Source: Klebsormidium nitens
Taxonomy: Eukaryota; Plantae; Klebsormidiophyceae
DNA length: 64,000 nucleotides
Assembly (NCBI GenBank): GCA_000708835.1
Contig: DF237057.1
Span: 62,001 to 126,000 of the forward strand
Direction: 5' to 3'
In this document: one piece after another, positions 12,745 to 25,500 of the stretch
Layout of the letters: each line of letters starts with the position of its first letter
How positions within the stretch are numbered: the first letter of the stretch is position 1
Notes under the pieces: model-generated
What the model was told of the DNA's origin: nothing
The model's input: only the letters and a program-made list of their open reading frames with translations
The model's database searches: none
Translations under genes and position numbers: made by a program

Positions 12745-13186
12745 AGGATTTTGAAGGACTTGGCGCCAACAGTATCCTACGTCAACTTCATACCCTAAAG
12801 CTTGAAAATCAGAAACCCTAAATGGACTACCGGTAGGTATCATGGAAGCTCAAGTGGGTACGGTCGAATGTCACGTGTCATGGATCATAACTTATAAGAC
12901 CAAATTCCGTACTTGACGGAGTTGGTCGAGCTGTGCCCGCAGTAAATGCATGTCTGCCACCTGGGCGCGGCGGATCGTGTTGACCACTCATCATCCAGTC
13001 AGACCAGGAACCGGGTGTTCGTGTCGGTACAGTACCTGACGGTACCTTTCGGGGGACGGAAGTTTTACATGATCCAAAAAGAGAAACAGCAGGATTCATC
13101 GAGGCCGTCGGCACCGTATTCAACGATCAGGATGGCTGTCACCGGTTGCCAAATCCAACCACAAATCCTTGGGGCCGCCGAAACGT

Positions 13187-13240
13187 GCCACGTTGGCAGC
13201 GGCCAAAAGTGCTAAAAGAGTTTGAGGCTGCCAACGTGGC
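13187..13240. promoter_or_regulatory. Perfect 14-bp inverted repeat with a 26-nt spacer; each arm carries an ACGT core (arm 2 reads CCAACGTGGC, ABRE/G-box-like)
   Basis: gccacgttggcagc (13187-13200) is the reverse complement of gctgccaacgtggc (13227-13240). It lies in the region between the divergent AUG5 and GATA genes. Confidence 0.45.
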
Positions 13241-16200
13241 GGGGAAGATCCGTTTGAAGTGGTCTGCAAATTGCGCGCGGCGGCATCTTTCAAGTTTCTA
13301 ATTCGCCTTCCCCCTTTTGAAAACGCAGGAGTGACTTTCTAGAATCCCGCATCCCCGGAGTGCTCGAGGCAGCAAAGTGACTTGGACTTGGTACTGTGCG
13401 TGTGTACGTGCACCTAGCACAAGCAGTCTGAATGTACCTACAATGCCTTTGGAAATGCGCGCGCGCAGGTACAAAATGAAGCATTTACCTACGGTATGAT
13501 GCAAGCGGCTGGGGCGAACCCCTCCCTCGGACCTCCTCCAAAATTTTAAGTCGTGACTCATGAGGCAGAACTTCGCAGAAGGTCAGCGGAGTTGGAAGAG
13601 GAAGCGCAACAGCTCTATGGTGCAATCCATAAAAGTTGTGCAACAGCAAATAGCCCGCCAAGGAGGTCTTGACGATGTTGCCTAGCATAGGGTTGACAGG
13701 TGCTATGCATTGAGTTGCTCAGAGCTTAATTGCTCAGATATTGAGTGGGGTGGTGATCGCCTCCAGCTGAAACGCTGGTGGTTGTGGGCCTGGGGACTTG
13801 GTGGCGGGGCCTAGGAGCATTGAGTTGAGATGAAAGGCAGCGTGCTCTCGGCAGCCGGGCAAAGCATGCTCAGCGATGAGGAATTTGCAGGTAGGGCGCT
13901 TCCCTATCGCTCAGTGTGTTTCTCAACGTTGTTTACAGGATGAAGCCTACCACTACACTTCGTTTCACATTCACTTGTTGCAACTCTTAATAGTGGCCCT
14001 TAGACCCTGCTGATTGGTTAATGGACTCATTGCTTTGAGCTTGCCTGTGATGACCGTCACTTCAGGTGGCATTGATTCCATGGAAAATAGTGCAAGGGCT
14101 ACCATGTGACCTTATTGCATTGGGCCTCCCTCATCAATCTGCTCACTCATATTATTCATCAGTACTTTTTTTTTTTTTTTTTTTTACTAACTCCTTCCTT
14201 TCCACATTCGATTATGATGCCAGCAGTGCCCCTTCGCCCCAACACATTTGGAGTCTTTGTTGCATGGCAGATGAGGTTTGTCGAGCAAATCTCTGGAAAG
14301 TGTGTGGTTCAGCAGCATCAAGGGCTCCGTATTGATGGCCTCCTCAGTATGAAAGCTTTTTTTGATTTCATAGCCCTAAATCAGAGAAAGGAAGGCCCTA
14401 CACGATCAGGAGTGGAGCCTAGGTAGGAGGAAGTGCCCCTTAGCAGAGACCTCTCCTAATACTTCCCAGCAACATCTAGAAGTGGTGGTTCTTACCCTCG
14501 TAGGCACGTGGCATCGCCACAACAAATCAAAGAAGAACCGTGCGACTCTGTGTATTGTTCTGATTGCATCATCCAATCTAATGGCAAGGCGCTTTGTCAA
14601 ATGCTGGTGTCATTGCCCTCTTTGCACCTTACATCATGCAGTTTGGCAGGCTAGCGGGTAAGCTGCGAGTGAGGTGTGCGCCTTGGTCTAGTTTGATTCC
14701 TAGTGGTCAGCGAATCTTAATACCCCACCTGAAAGTGGTTGTGTCATTCCTTGTAAGCTGCATTGCTCTCTCAAAGCAGATGGTGGGGCAGGGCTGTGTT
14801 TCTGTTAGGCTTGATCAGAGAATTTTGGTTAAGGATTTGGTTCGGATGATGCCCTGCAGCTGAGATGTCTCAAACGTAGCGAGGTACTTGCATTGGGGGT
14901 TAGGGGCACGCAGACTCTTTGGGTTGACCATGTCTGGAGGGGATGACCACTTCTCATCGCACTCTGTGCTAAGGTTGCCCTGCTCATGTTTTTAGATGTG
15001 TTTGGCTGAGCTTCAGTACTCAAACATTTGAAGCTGACAAGGGGGGGGGAAGACTTTTGGTGACGCTCAATGTTTTCCAGATTAGTGCCCTGCATTGACT
15101 GGTGTGGAATGGGGTCAGAGGCTAGCAACAGGATACAGTCTCTGACTGCATGACAGCCTTAGCGCTCAAATTTCTGCCTATGCCTTCAGACTTCCAAGGT
15201 TCAGTTAAATTGTACCAGAGTCAAAGCGCGAATCTCAGCTGAGTGCAACGCAATGTCACCACTTAAACATGCCCTCTCCAGTCTCAAGCTGACTGTTGCT
15301 CCCACAACAAACCTTGTGAAGGCGTCACTGGGCTTCCATCTCAGATTTCATCTGCATTCAAATTGTCTCTACTGTAGCTACGCATGTGTCAGACTCCAAG
15401 GATAGCGAGTCCCTTTGCTTTAGCATTTTTGAGCTGTCTTCTTGAGATACTTCCGCCCTTTGACTAGCATTGGGCGCTCAATGAACGCTTTCGAAAACAG
15501 ACTGCATTTGCCTTTTTACTAAACCCCGCTGGCACCTTCAGAGTGGGCTAAGCTTGTGACTCTCAGCACGTCACTGGAGCGGGTCTGTCAACCACGTAAT
15601 CACCCCACTTTCCACCTCACACCTGCTGAACACTTCTCCTCTGTCGTGAGGCTGGAAAACTTATCCTCGCTTTGTCCCAAACCCTCTCAACATTGATATT
15701 AAGTGTCTAACGGAGGGGATGCTGAAGTTCTGACGGCATTCCTGACCTTTAGGGTCTAGTCAGCTGCAACTTCCTCTTGCTTTGTGTTGGCATGCTTTCG
15801 TTCCACCTTGCTTGTAAGGTTGTTGCTGGACGGATGTCATTCAGGTCGTTCTCAGCTGCCATCTGTCCACCCTACCTTCCAACACCTCTTAGCAAAACAC
15901 AAAGTCTCAGCATTGCTTAGTGGTGATGTGTCGGAGGCTTTGGTTACATTCTTATGGCGCGTCATATCCTTGTTGTGGATATTCCCTTTTTGCCCGGTTT
16001 CCAAACTCTTCACTGCCACTGTTCATTAAAGACTCACCTTCAGCTCAACAGTAAATCCATTTCTTGTGACGCCACCATTTTCCTCCATGCAGCATTTCAT
16101 TACACTGATTTTTGAAGTCTCTCTGCTTGAATTCCAAGTCCGCACGTGTTGCTGATCATCCTAACGTGTTGCTGACCATTTCAGACTCCATTGAATACTC

Positions 16201-16419
16201 TTCATCTCCCAAGTCTTTTGAAAGTCTTTGCTTTCACTGACGAGAAGCTCACTGAAAGCCTTAGCTTTGAGTAAGGGCGGCCCCCTTACTCATATCCATA
16301 TGCTTTCCTTCTCTTTCAAGTTTTCATGCTTTTCTTTGTTTAATTCTCTGTTTCCTCCCACTTTTTTCTCCGGATCCACCTTACTTGTGATATGAACATC
16401 ATAATCACGTCATTCCCCT

Positions 16420-16650
16420 TCGCCAATTCCCTCCTGCTCATTGCTCAGCTGCCCCTCAGCAAGGGCGGCGACCTCTTTAAATCTCTAGAATCCCCAGATT
16501 CTTTTCTGTACTCGATCGACAAAAACTCACCCCCCCAGTTCTTACTATGATATGTATTCTCCTGTAATTCGTTCCTTCTTCCTGCAGACTCCCTCCTGCT
16601 CATCACCGAGCGGCCCCTCTGCAAGGGCGACGATTTCCCCTTGCTTCTGC
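16420..16650 (+). repeat. Two degenerate upstream copies of the GATA-exon start
   Basis: ttccctcctgctcattgctcagctgcccctcagcaagggcggcgacctct (about 16427) and cag|actccctcctgctcatcaccgagcggcccctctgcaagggcgacga (about 16588) match the real cag|attccctccttcttatcactcagcggcccctttgcaagggcgacgacctct at 16825. Confidence 0.8.
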
Positions 16651-16824
16651 TTTTAAAAGTTGCAGAAGCCCCAGGATTCTTCCCTTGTTTTCAGGCACCA
16701 GCAGCCCCCAGTTATGACCGTGATCTTAATAGTTTCTTCTCCTTACCAACAAGCACCAACATCGAGATTCGAATCCCTTGCTGTCACGTGCAAAAGTGAA
16801 GGTTTACCGGCTTTTCCCGCGCAG

Positions 16825-19800
16825 ATTCCCTCCTTCTTATCACTCAGCGGCCCCTTTGCAAGGGCGACGACCTCTCCAAGCAGCGGTGCGGTGTGTGCGG
16901 GACAACCAACACGCCCTGCTGGCGTAAGGGGCCCGCCGGCCCAAAAACGCTGTGCAATCGCTGCGGGGTACATTGGTACCAGAACAAGGACCGCTGGGAT
17001 CTGATTGTGGAGGAGCTGCGAGCAACTAGAATGGACGACACCGTCGAGCAGGCGAGCGCGCCGACGCGGACGGTCATCAAGAAGAAGGTGAGGGGGTGTG
17101 CTCTTGATGATGGACTTGTTTGGAAGTACAAACCAGTTGTGAAGCGGAGCGGTGTTTACTTTTCCATGGTGGTTTATTTCAACTGCTTGAAAGCCTCAAG
17201 GACTCATTTCATTGACTTTGCGGTCTAGATGTTATGTGATCAGCTACAGGCCATTTTGCGTGCTTGATGAACAATAGACTCATTGTTCAGCAGCTTGCTT
17301 AGAAGGCATTGCATGCAACATATGCGACACGAGTACAAAGCAAACACTTCGAAGCAATGCTGGCTATGTTGCTGCATCTTCTGGGCTCTTTTCTTTCTAT
17401 GGTGCTTCTCTTTTCTTTGGCCCCCCAGCTTGACTGCAATATTGCAAATAAGGTCGTCAACCATGAGGAAAGATGAGCGGGCAGGGACGAAGACTGGAAC
17501 CAGGATTGAAGCCAGTTTTATACCCTCTCTGACGTTCTCTACTTTCTTCCCCATCCCTGCAAGTCATAAGCAGGCAGCTAAACCAAAAATACAACTGAAG
17601 AAGGACGGAAATAGAAGAAGAAGCGCTGTTTTTCTGTTCTATCTTGAAAATCTTTACACTTCTCTCCAGGTCGACCCCCGCAGCGCGGAGGCCCACCCCG
17701 CCGTCCCCGACTCCCAGCGCTGCGTCAAGTCCAACGGGCGCGGCTGGCGCTGCAGTCAGCGCAAGGTCTCCGGCTACAGCTACTGCGCGCACCACCAACG
17801 CAACTGGGACGGCCACGAGAAGCAGTGGCGCAAGGCCTTCCCGAACCTGGTCTACCCGCGCAAGTCCAAGAAGGCGGCGGTTGTTGCGGACGGGGGCGTC
17901 GCGGTCCAGAAAGACGGGACCGTCCGGAAACGGGAGCGGAAGCCGAAGCACCCCGGAGGGGGGGTTGCACTGCCCGAAAAGTGGGGGCGGAGCTCGAACG
18001 TGCACCGGACGCAATTCGGACGCGACTCGGACGGCAGCTCCGAGCCGGACTACGTTGACTCGCGGCTCGGGAAGGTCCGGGCGAAGTCGTACGGGGTCCG
18101 GAGTCCGAGAGGCCCTGCGAAGGAGGGGAGCGGCTCCATGATGCACTTGGTGCTGCCCTCGGAGACGGACGAGCTCGGCGGAATGAGGCCTACGTACATG
18201 TCGGACGATGACGACAGCCAGCTGTATCACGGGACACAGCTGTCGGAGGAACCGGGGGAGTCGTCGGAGAGTGCGAAGGAGGTCAGGAGTCCCAACCAGA
18301 ACCGGGCAGGTGAGGAGACGGGGGTTGGTTTAGGGCAGTAAAGAAGTTGCTGTCGGAGATTGGTCTCGTTTTATACCTCAGATCAGAGGAGGAGTCGGGA
18401 TTCTTACAACGCGCATGTCTGTCTTCGTGATCGGATCCGAGGGCAAAAAGGTTCTCGACACTGTCTTTGCAGATCTTTCAAACATCTGTGTTCCACTCTC
18501 GGAAACTTGGTTGAGACGTCCTTGTTGTCAGAGTGCATAGGGCCGATCTTATTGTCACTCTTGTCGCAAATCTGTGTCTTGTCCCTGCCATTCGAGCTTT
18601 TTCCCCATGTCTTGGGTGTGATTCGACGGCCTTTCTGAGTCCTTCCAAGGATCACGAGAAACTTCATTGCGCCAATGGTAGCATACACTGCAGCCCTTCC
18701 TTTTTGTTTCAAACAGATCCCAATGCCTTCCTTCTGGCGAAGGTCCGCCTTCAGTTTTTTTCAACACTAACGAGAGCTTCTTTAACTGAGCATCTCCTTA
18801 CTTTGCAGATCTTCAGCCCAAGCAAGAGCCATCTATCCGCTCTGAGGTCACCACCCTCTCCCCCCCCCTCAAGGCCAGCCATCCCGAACCCCCTACCGAG
18901 AACCAGCGGTGCGTTATGAAGGGAGGCACCGGTTGGCAGTGCCCACGCCCCCGGCAAAGTGGCCTTCGCCACTGCCAATATCACACCGAAGCGCGGCGCG
19001 CAAAAGCGGCGTTGCAAAACGGGTTAGTGGGTAAACAAAACGGGTCAGGCGCGGGCGATGACGATACGCTGAGCAGCATGGAAATCCTGATGCGGCTGCA
19101 GCTGAAGAGGAAGCGCTCCGAAGAGGAGAACGAGACCCGGCGGGACGGGTTAGCGGGGTCCGGGTTAGGCCTAACCTGGAAAACGAAGATGCGGCGACGG
19201 CCGTTCAGCAGCCGGGGGGGCCCCGTGGCGGACGTGAAACAGGGGTCGGATCTGAGCCAGGACAGCCCCCGGCCGAAGAGGGAGATCGACCCCCCCGAAA
19301 CGGAGTGGGGGGGTCGTCGCGAGGAGGAGGACGACGCGGCGTATCTAGGCGTGGAGGAATTGCGGAGGCGCCTGGAGCAAAGCCGGGGGGCGGTCGCGGC
19401 GCAGCAGGAGAGGAACGAGGCCGCTGGCCGAGAGCTTATGAAGGCCAGGGAGGGGCGGCTTATGGCGGAAAAGCGGTTGGAGGAGGCGAGAAGGGAGGCG
19501 GAGGGGGGGGAGGATGCGGCCGCAGTTGAGAAGCTGAGGAAGGCGGTGCAGGCGGAGCGGGCGGTTGGCTGCGCGCTGCAACCGGAGGTGAGCGTCGATC
19601 CTTAATGTTACCGTTTCGTTCTTGTGCTGTAATTGTTTGGGAGTTATTTCAGGTTTTCGTACGTTGTTCATCAGCGAAGGTGGGAGATGTGTTTCACAGG
19701 TTACACCCGCGAGGCCAGGGCTACCTGCCGATTGACCATGCCCCTTTTCTCGTCCATTTTTTTACTACTTCTGCAATCCACCCCGCCCGATATCTGTTTG

Positions 19801-21030
19801 ATCTGTACCTCTTGCTAGAGGATGCTGTGCGTTTTGTACACCCTCAGGCCAGAGGACCACTTTCGAGACTCTACACCAGGCAACATGCCACTCTTATTCA
19901 AGGAATCGAACGAATCACACTCGCTGACAAGGCTCGTCGTCGTTCAATTTCGCAGGCCCTCAAACTTGCGGACCAGTTCCAGCACCAGGCGCTACTGCTG
20001 GCGAAGCAGGACGCCCATCTGACCGACCTCCGGACGTCCGCAGAGGAGCTCCGTGGGGAGGTGGCGGTGCTCACGGCTGAGAAGAAGGAGCTGCAAGTGA
20101 GAAACTCTCGCATCTAGTTGTCAATCACGAAGGCAATGTGACGGTTGGAAAATCCTCGGGGGCTGGAAGTGGAGTGGCTTCAAGGAGCTGCGTCTGAAGA
20201 GTTTTTCATTCGCCCGTAATCCTTGTGTGCAACAGCAACGATTTTGGCTTGGGGCTCGAAACCAGGCCTTAGCGATTGTTTTTAAAAGCCCAAATAAGTA
20301 CTAGATCAGTTTTTCTGGATGGAAGAGCGGGCTGAACGGTTCAACGCACTCCTGCCTTTGTCGATGTCGAGGAGCTAATCAATAGAGACGTCTCTATGAA
20401 GGTTTCTGAGACTGCGCTGCTGCTCTGAGTTGTTCGAGGACAGGGGAATTGAGAGGTCGGAAAGGAGCTCAGCTGCTCTCAGAAGGTCACGGATACCAGG
20501 TCGTTAGTACATCAGAGCTCCTAACAATACCGCCAGTCCCAGGTCAAACAAAAGAATGGGTCCGCTGCCGTTCTCGCTACTCTAGTTCTGACGTACGTCT
20601 GTCATCATTGCAGGCCCAGCTGGCACTGCTCCAGAAGGCGAACGCGTGCACCCTGTGCGTCTCTGGCAAGCCCGCCAGCGCCGCGCTCATGCCATGCGGC
20701 CACTTGTACTGTGGCACATGCACCGCCGAGTTGCTCCCACGAGCGAACGGCGTTTCCGCACGCAACTTGACCCCGGCCATGGATGCTCCCAAGACCGAGG
20801 GGCCGTCGGATGTTGTATCGGCAACGACCACCGAGACTGGTGTTAAGGTTATTGTAGAAAGCGAGGGACAGGTGGTAGAAAATGAGGGATTGGTGAGAAC
20901 GTCTAGGTGTCCCTGCTGCTCGGTCGAGGTGCAGGGACGGCTAGTCGTTCAGAAGCCGGCGCCGGTGGACGAGGAGATGGACGGCGCCGTTAGCTTGCTG
21001 GGGCTGCTCACTAGTGAGAGCTCCCAATGA
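16825..21030 (+). CDS. GATA zinc finger - WRC - WRC - coiled coil - RING-HC protein; true start further upstream (possibly the ATG at 13830)
   Basis: Phase-consistent exons 16825-17087, 17670-18309, 18809-19587, 19956-20096, 20614-21030. GATA: [27 protein letters not shown] (C-x2-C-x18-C-x2-C). WRC1: [29 protein letters not shown]2: [26 protein letters not shown] (both C-x9-C-x10-C-x2-H). RING: CTLC...[10 protein letters not shown]...CPCC. Confidence 0.85.
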
Positions 21031-22515
21031 AAAATCCACATTGCGATTGGGCCCGGCTCTGCCTGTCAGCGGGCTGCGGCACAAGCGTTGTAAATATACC
21101 ATGCGTTTGAGTTAGGGCCTATGTACACGACCTGGAGCGCGTTTACACTAGTTGTAATTTGTGGGGGGTGGTTTAGGGGTGGGTTTAAGATAGTCGCTGG
21201 CGTACTGCGAGAAGCCACGTGGGTCAGGGACGCGTGAGGAACGCGTCGCCACTCCTCTAGTCAGAGGCGTGCGGTCGCGGTTCCGAGTCTCGATGACTGA
21301 GGTGACTGTGTTTGGAACCAATCTGGGGTAGTGTACTGTTTGTGGACAATAGAAGCGGATGGCTAAGCAACGCTCTAAGCTGAAATGCTACAGCTAAGAG
21401 CTAAAACACTTGTTTTGGTGTAGGTGTTCTTGTTCCTCTTCGCCTCTCGTTTGTGGAAAAGCAAAGTGTAGATGTAGCTTCTTGTCATGTTCACTAGAAA
21501 TGTTCAAGCAGACAAGTGATTAAATGGCAGCCATTTTTCGTAGGTGGGCAATTATGAGCCCTGATTTTATGGACAAATCCTGGAATTAGGGCAACTTTGA
21601 GATTCAAGAAATTGAGGCTTTCTTGGCTGATCATTCAATCAACTCAATCTTTCATGGAGTTCTTTTGGCCGTAATTATAGGTCACATGCGAGGGTTATTG
21701 GTATCGTGATTCTGCGGCCGGCATGGTGGGAATGTCGGACGAGGGTTTGCCTGTATGTGTACTTTTTCCGCGATCATCATATGCAATCAGCTTCATGAAT
21801 TGAGGGGATTTTTGCACTGGCTGCAAGACTCACATGTGTGCACGGTGGTTAAATAATACTTTAATCCGATCAATCTTGCATTTATTGGAATATTTTGCTG
21901 CCGACATGTTGAATGGTCATGATATTAGTATGCAGCCGCCCGGCGGAAAGAGACCATATGTCGATGATATCGCGTTAATTCGCGAGTCACTATATATTAC
22001 GATACAGCACAAGTGACTGGCATGCGCCATGCAAAGGCCGCCATTATGCATGCACAAATGATTGCAATCGCGTCCCAAACTAGATGTGCGCTTGATCGTC
22101 TAGGCGGCGATGCATGATATATAGACTGAGCATAGATCTTCAACTTGCATATGAAACGGAGAATTGAATGAATTTTAATATGTATATTTTGCAATGATAC
22201 TATCTAAGCATAGTGCATGATATTAGATCATGCAATCATATACCTTCGATCATCCCATTACGACACAATGAAGGGCACGCCTGTGTACATGCAAACATCG
22301 TTTTGATAATGATGAGCCACATGCACAGTCATACATGTGACGGTAAGGTTTGCGTGAAACCAGCGTAATTGTTGTCAAAGAGATTCATAATGACCGTATG
22401 CGAATCATTCGGTAGTCATGTCATGGCCTGGTGCCAGACACATGGTCACGCACGCAGGATCCGTCAGCTTATATCTAAACCTTTCCATTCCGTTGATTAG
22501 TTACTCGTTCGAAAT

Positions 22516-25500
22516 TCAGGACGTCCTTTCAAGCAAAGTTGCCCAAAGTATGATACCGATCAGAGTCACTGCCGGGGGCGCCCATGCACCAACGCTTGGG
22601 GCAAGCGCTCCTTGTTGGCTCAACCGTGACAAGCCCTTAGCAGCGAGAGTGTACGGAAGCAGTAACAGGGCGGCCTTTTTGAAAGGATCGCTTCGGCTAT
22701 TCCTCGGAGATGAGCTCAATGTTGACATCGCGCCCACCTGAAAAAGATGTAAAACGCAGAAATACTCAAACTTACGATATGGGCCGTGAAAACGCATGGC
22801 CTTCAAATGCGTCGAAGGCGGGCGTACACAGATGCATCGGCAGATGGTGATAGGGAAGCCCCTGAGCGGCTGCTCTCATCGCCAGCTATGCACCAGCCAA
22901 AAATCTGATCGAGACGAAAACGACCACTCGGGGTCGATAGCTACTTGGATAGTCCCAAATGAGCGTCGCTCTCAAGGCACACGAACAACCAAAAAAGGCG
23001 CAATAATCGATGACTTGCAGCGAGCGTTGATCGAAGTCTGCCACTCGGTCCTTTAGGCAAAAGCCGCAAGCCTTCAAACTATAACTGTCGCACAGATAGG
23101 AACTCTGGCTTTCACAAGGCACAACGGCTTCGGCACACAAAAGCTCTGCCACACCGCAACAGTGTACACGTGGCGGTAAGTCTAGCTGCCGACGCTCCTT
23201 TCGCTTCGCTTACCATCGCGTAAATGGCACACGTCAGCACGGATGCATCCCGTTGACTTAATAGCCACCTCGCCTTCCAAGCTGGGCTCCCGGGTCCGCA
23301 TTCTGCTCCAGTTTTCCTCTCTCTTTCGATAACTCTGGGCAGAAGAAAACATGGATACTATTGAAGGGTTTCAGGATCAAGAACCGGGTTTCCTACTTCA
23401 AAACTTACCAGAATTGCAAGAGATGGAGCATGGAAAGAGAGCTCCAAGTTCGGAACACTTTGTCGCACAGACTTCTGATCAAAACGGATCCTCTGTTAGG
23501 GGTCAAGGAGATGCGTCTTTTGACGGGCTGCTGAAAAGCTGCTAACTCCCTTGACACCATCGTGAAGCTTATTGAGCGGTCGCCAACAATGAATGCCAGA
23601 GCGCCTCTTTGCCTCTAAAGCCAGATCTCAGAAAATAAATCTCAGTTGCTCAGAACAATCCAACCTCAGGCCTCTTACACGGCGATCTAGGCCGTTATCG
23701 CTAGCTGACTATGGCAAAAAAATATCGCCTCGGCCACTTATTGGGAGCGTCTGAAAGGTAAGCGCAGAATGGTGTAGCGGGATGAATGCTGACCTCTGTA
23801 TCTCCCCTCGGGTTTGATCGTGCAGGTCTGCAGTGGCTCGCACAGCGGCTTTCGCGACGTTGGGCATCGGGACGCTTAGGCTTTGCATCTGCTAAAAGGG
23901 GGAAACGCAGTGATCACCGGAAACGCTAGACAAAGTACTTGCTTTCAAGTTTTCGGGCGTCAAGGCGCGCAGGCTTATGCATCTGTAAGGAACAGAGAAA
24001 CGCAGCAATCAGTGGAAACGCTTGACGAAGTACTCGCTATCGCCACATTGGACATCGGGACGGTTCGGCGCCGCATTTATTGATATAGAAAAACGTACTT
24101 TTCAACGGAGAAAACTTGAGAAGTTACCAGCTTTCGCTACGTTAGGCAGCGGAACGCTTCTGTGACACAAGTATTGAGAAACGCAGCGATCAATGGAGCA
24201 GGGCAGAGAGTTGCTCTCATCTTCTCTTTCTATGTCTCTTCTTTCCGTGCTTCGGCATTCGTTTGCCGCTACTCCCCGTCTACTCCAAAACCTTCTCAGA
24301 TGCGACGCTAGAGATAAACCTATCTCTTGACTGATGAGTAACGAGGAGAGAGTGGAACCCGGACTTCGCAGTAGTAATCAAGAAGCGAGTCGCTAATATT
24401 ATTTTGGCTTGAGGGCAGAACTGCTTTACGTCACTTACTTCGTTTCGTCATCAGAAGTGCACGCTCCACAGTAATTTCGTAAGCGCCAGCCTGAACTGTG
24501 TAATATTCAATGAACGAGGGCAGAATATCTGCGGACTGGAGTTATCACTTAGGAACCGGATGTTGCAAAGGCAATTCCAGGCCAGCTGAAGCGTCCCGAT
24601 AGATTGCGATCTAATGTTTCACCTGGAGCGTTGACTTGGATTCTCCCGTGCGATCCATGTGTAGGAGCGTGGCGTCGTGGAATCTCCACACCTTCGCGGC
24701 CCAGTCCCATGCGCAGCTGCCAGCTGTCAGCACCTGATTCGCCGAAGCAGGGCTCGATCAGACGTGAAACATGTGTCACCGCAAATCCAGGGTCCATCAT
24801 CCTGACAGTACTGACATATATACGTGTATTGGTTTACTCTGCAATGGTTAGCATGTTTCCGAAACGGAGAGGAAGTTATGAAATGCTGAGTGACTTGCGA
24901 GCATCCTTTCGCAAGGTCAAGGGCCGGAAACCAGGGTTCTTCCACTTTACAGTTATGCTAGTCCTAGGAGGATTAAGGGAACGCAGAAACGCACTCGTCT
25001 CTGAGAATATAGCAAGTCGATGCTGCTACCAAAATCGACGCTCACACAATGACAATCCAGTCGAGAGGGACTGGATTGGAAGACAGCCTCTGAAGTGAAG
25101 AAGACCTTGAAGCGCCTCAAGACGCTGCATGAAATGGACAAAGACGGAACACACTCGATCACAGCAAGTCATAGGACAAACCCGGTAGCGCAAGAACGAT
25201 GAATGTCCGGCAAACAAAATGTGGAGGATAGACTGTTGCTCAGCTGATCATTACGATGGAACGCACTGGAAAACGAACGGCCTAGCGGCAGGACGATGAA
25301 TTGGAACGGAGTGATATCGGAAGCGCACCCGATGCACCTCTCCGTCGGGGCTGCAGTCCAGAACCGTGACGCGTTCCATTCTTCCCCCCTCTAGTTTCTG
25401 CGCGTACCAGACCCGCTGCAGCTGCTTCCCGGCTCGGCCCGCTGCCGGCCCGTACTCGTGATAGATAACGTCATCCCTTGCCTTGAGAGTGTGCAGATCG

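Noticed and set aside
14166-14185. T20 tract as a retroelement poly(A) tail
   Set aside because: No TSD and no recognisable RT or SINE body nearby; treated as a simple intronic homopolymer.
17457-18230. 257-aa minus-strand ORF
   Set aside because: Antisense shadow of the GC-rich WRC exon. The same applies to 41107-41607 (CMT) and 52915-53376 (BSL).
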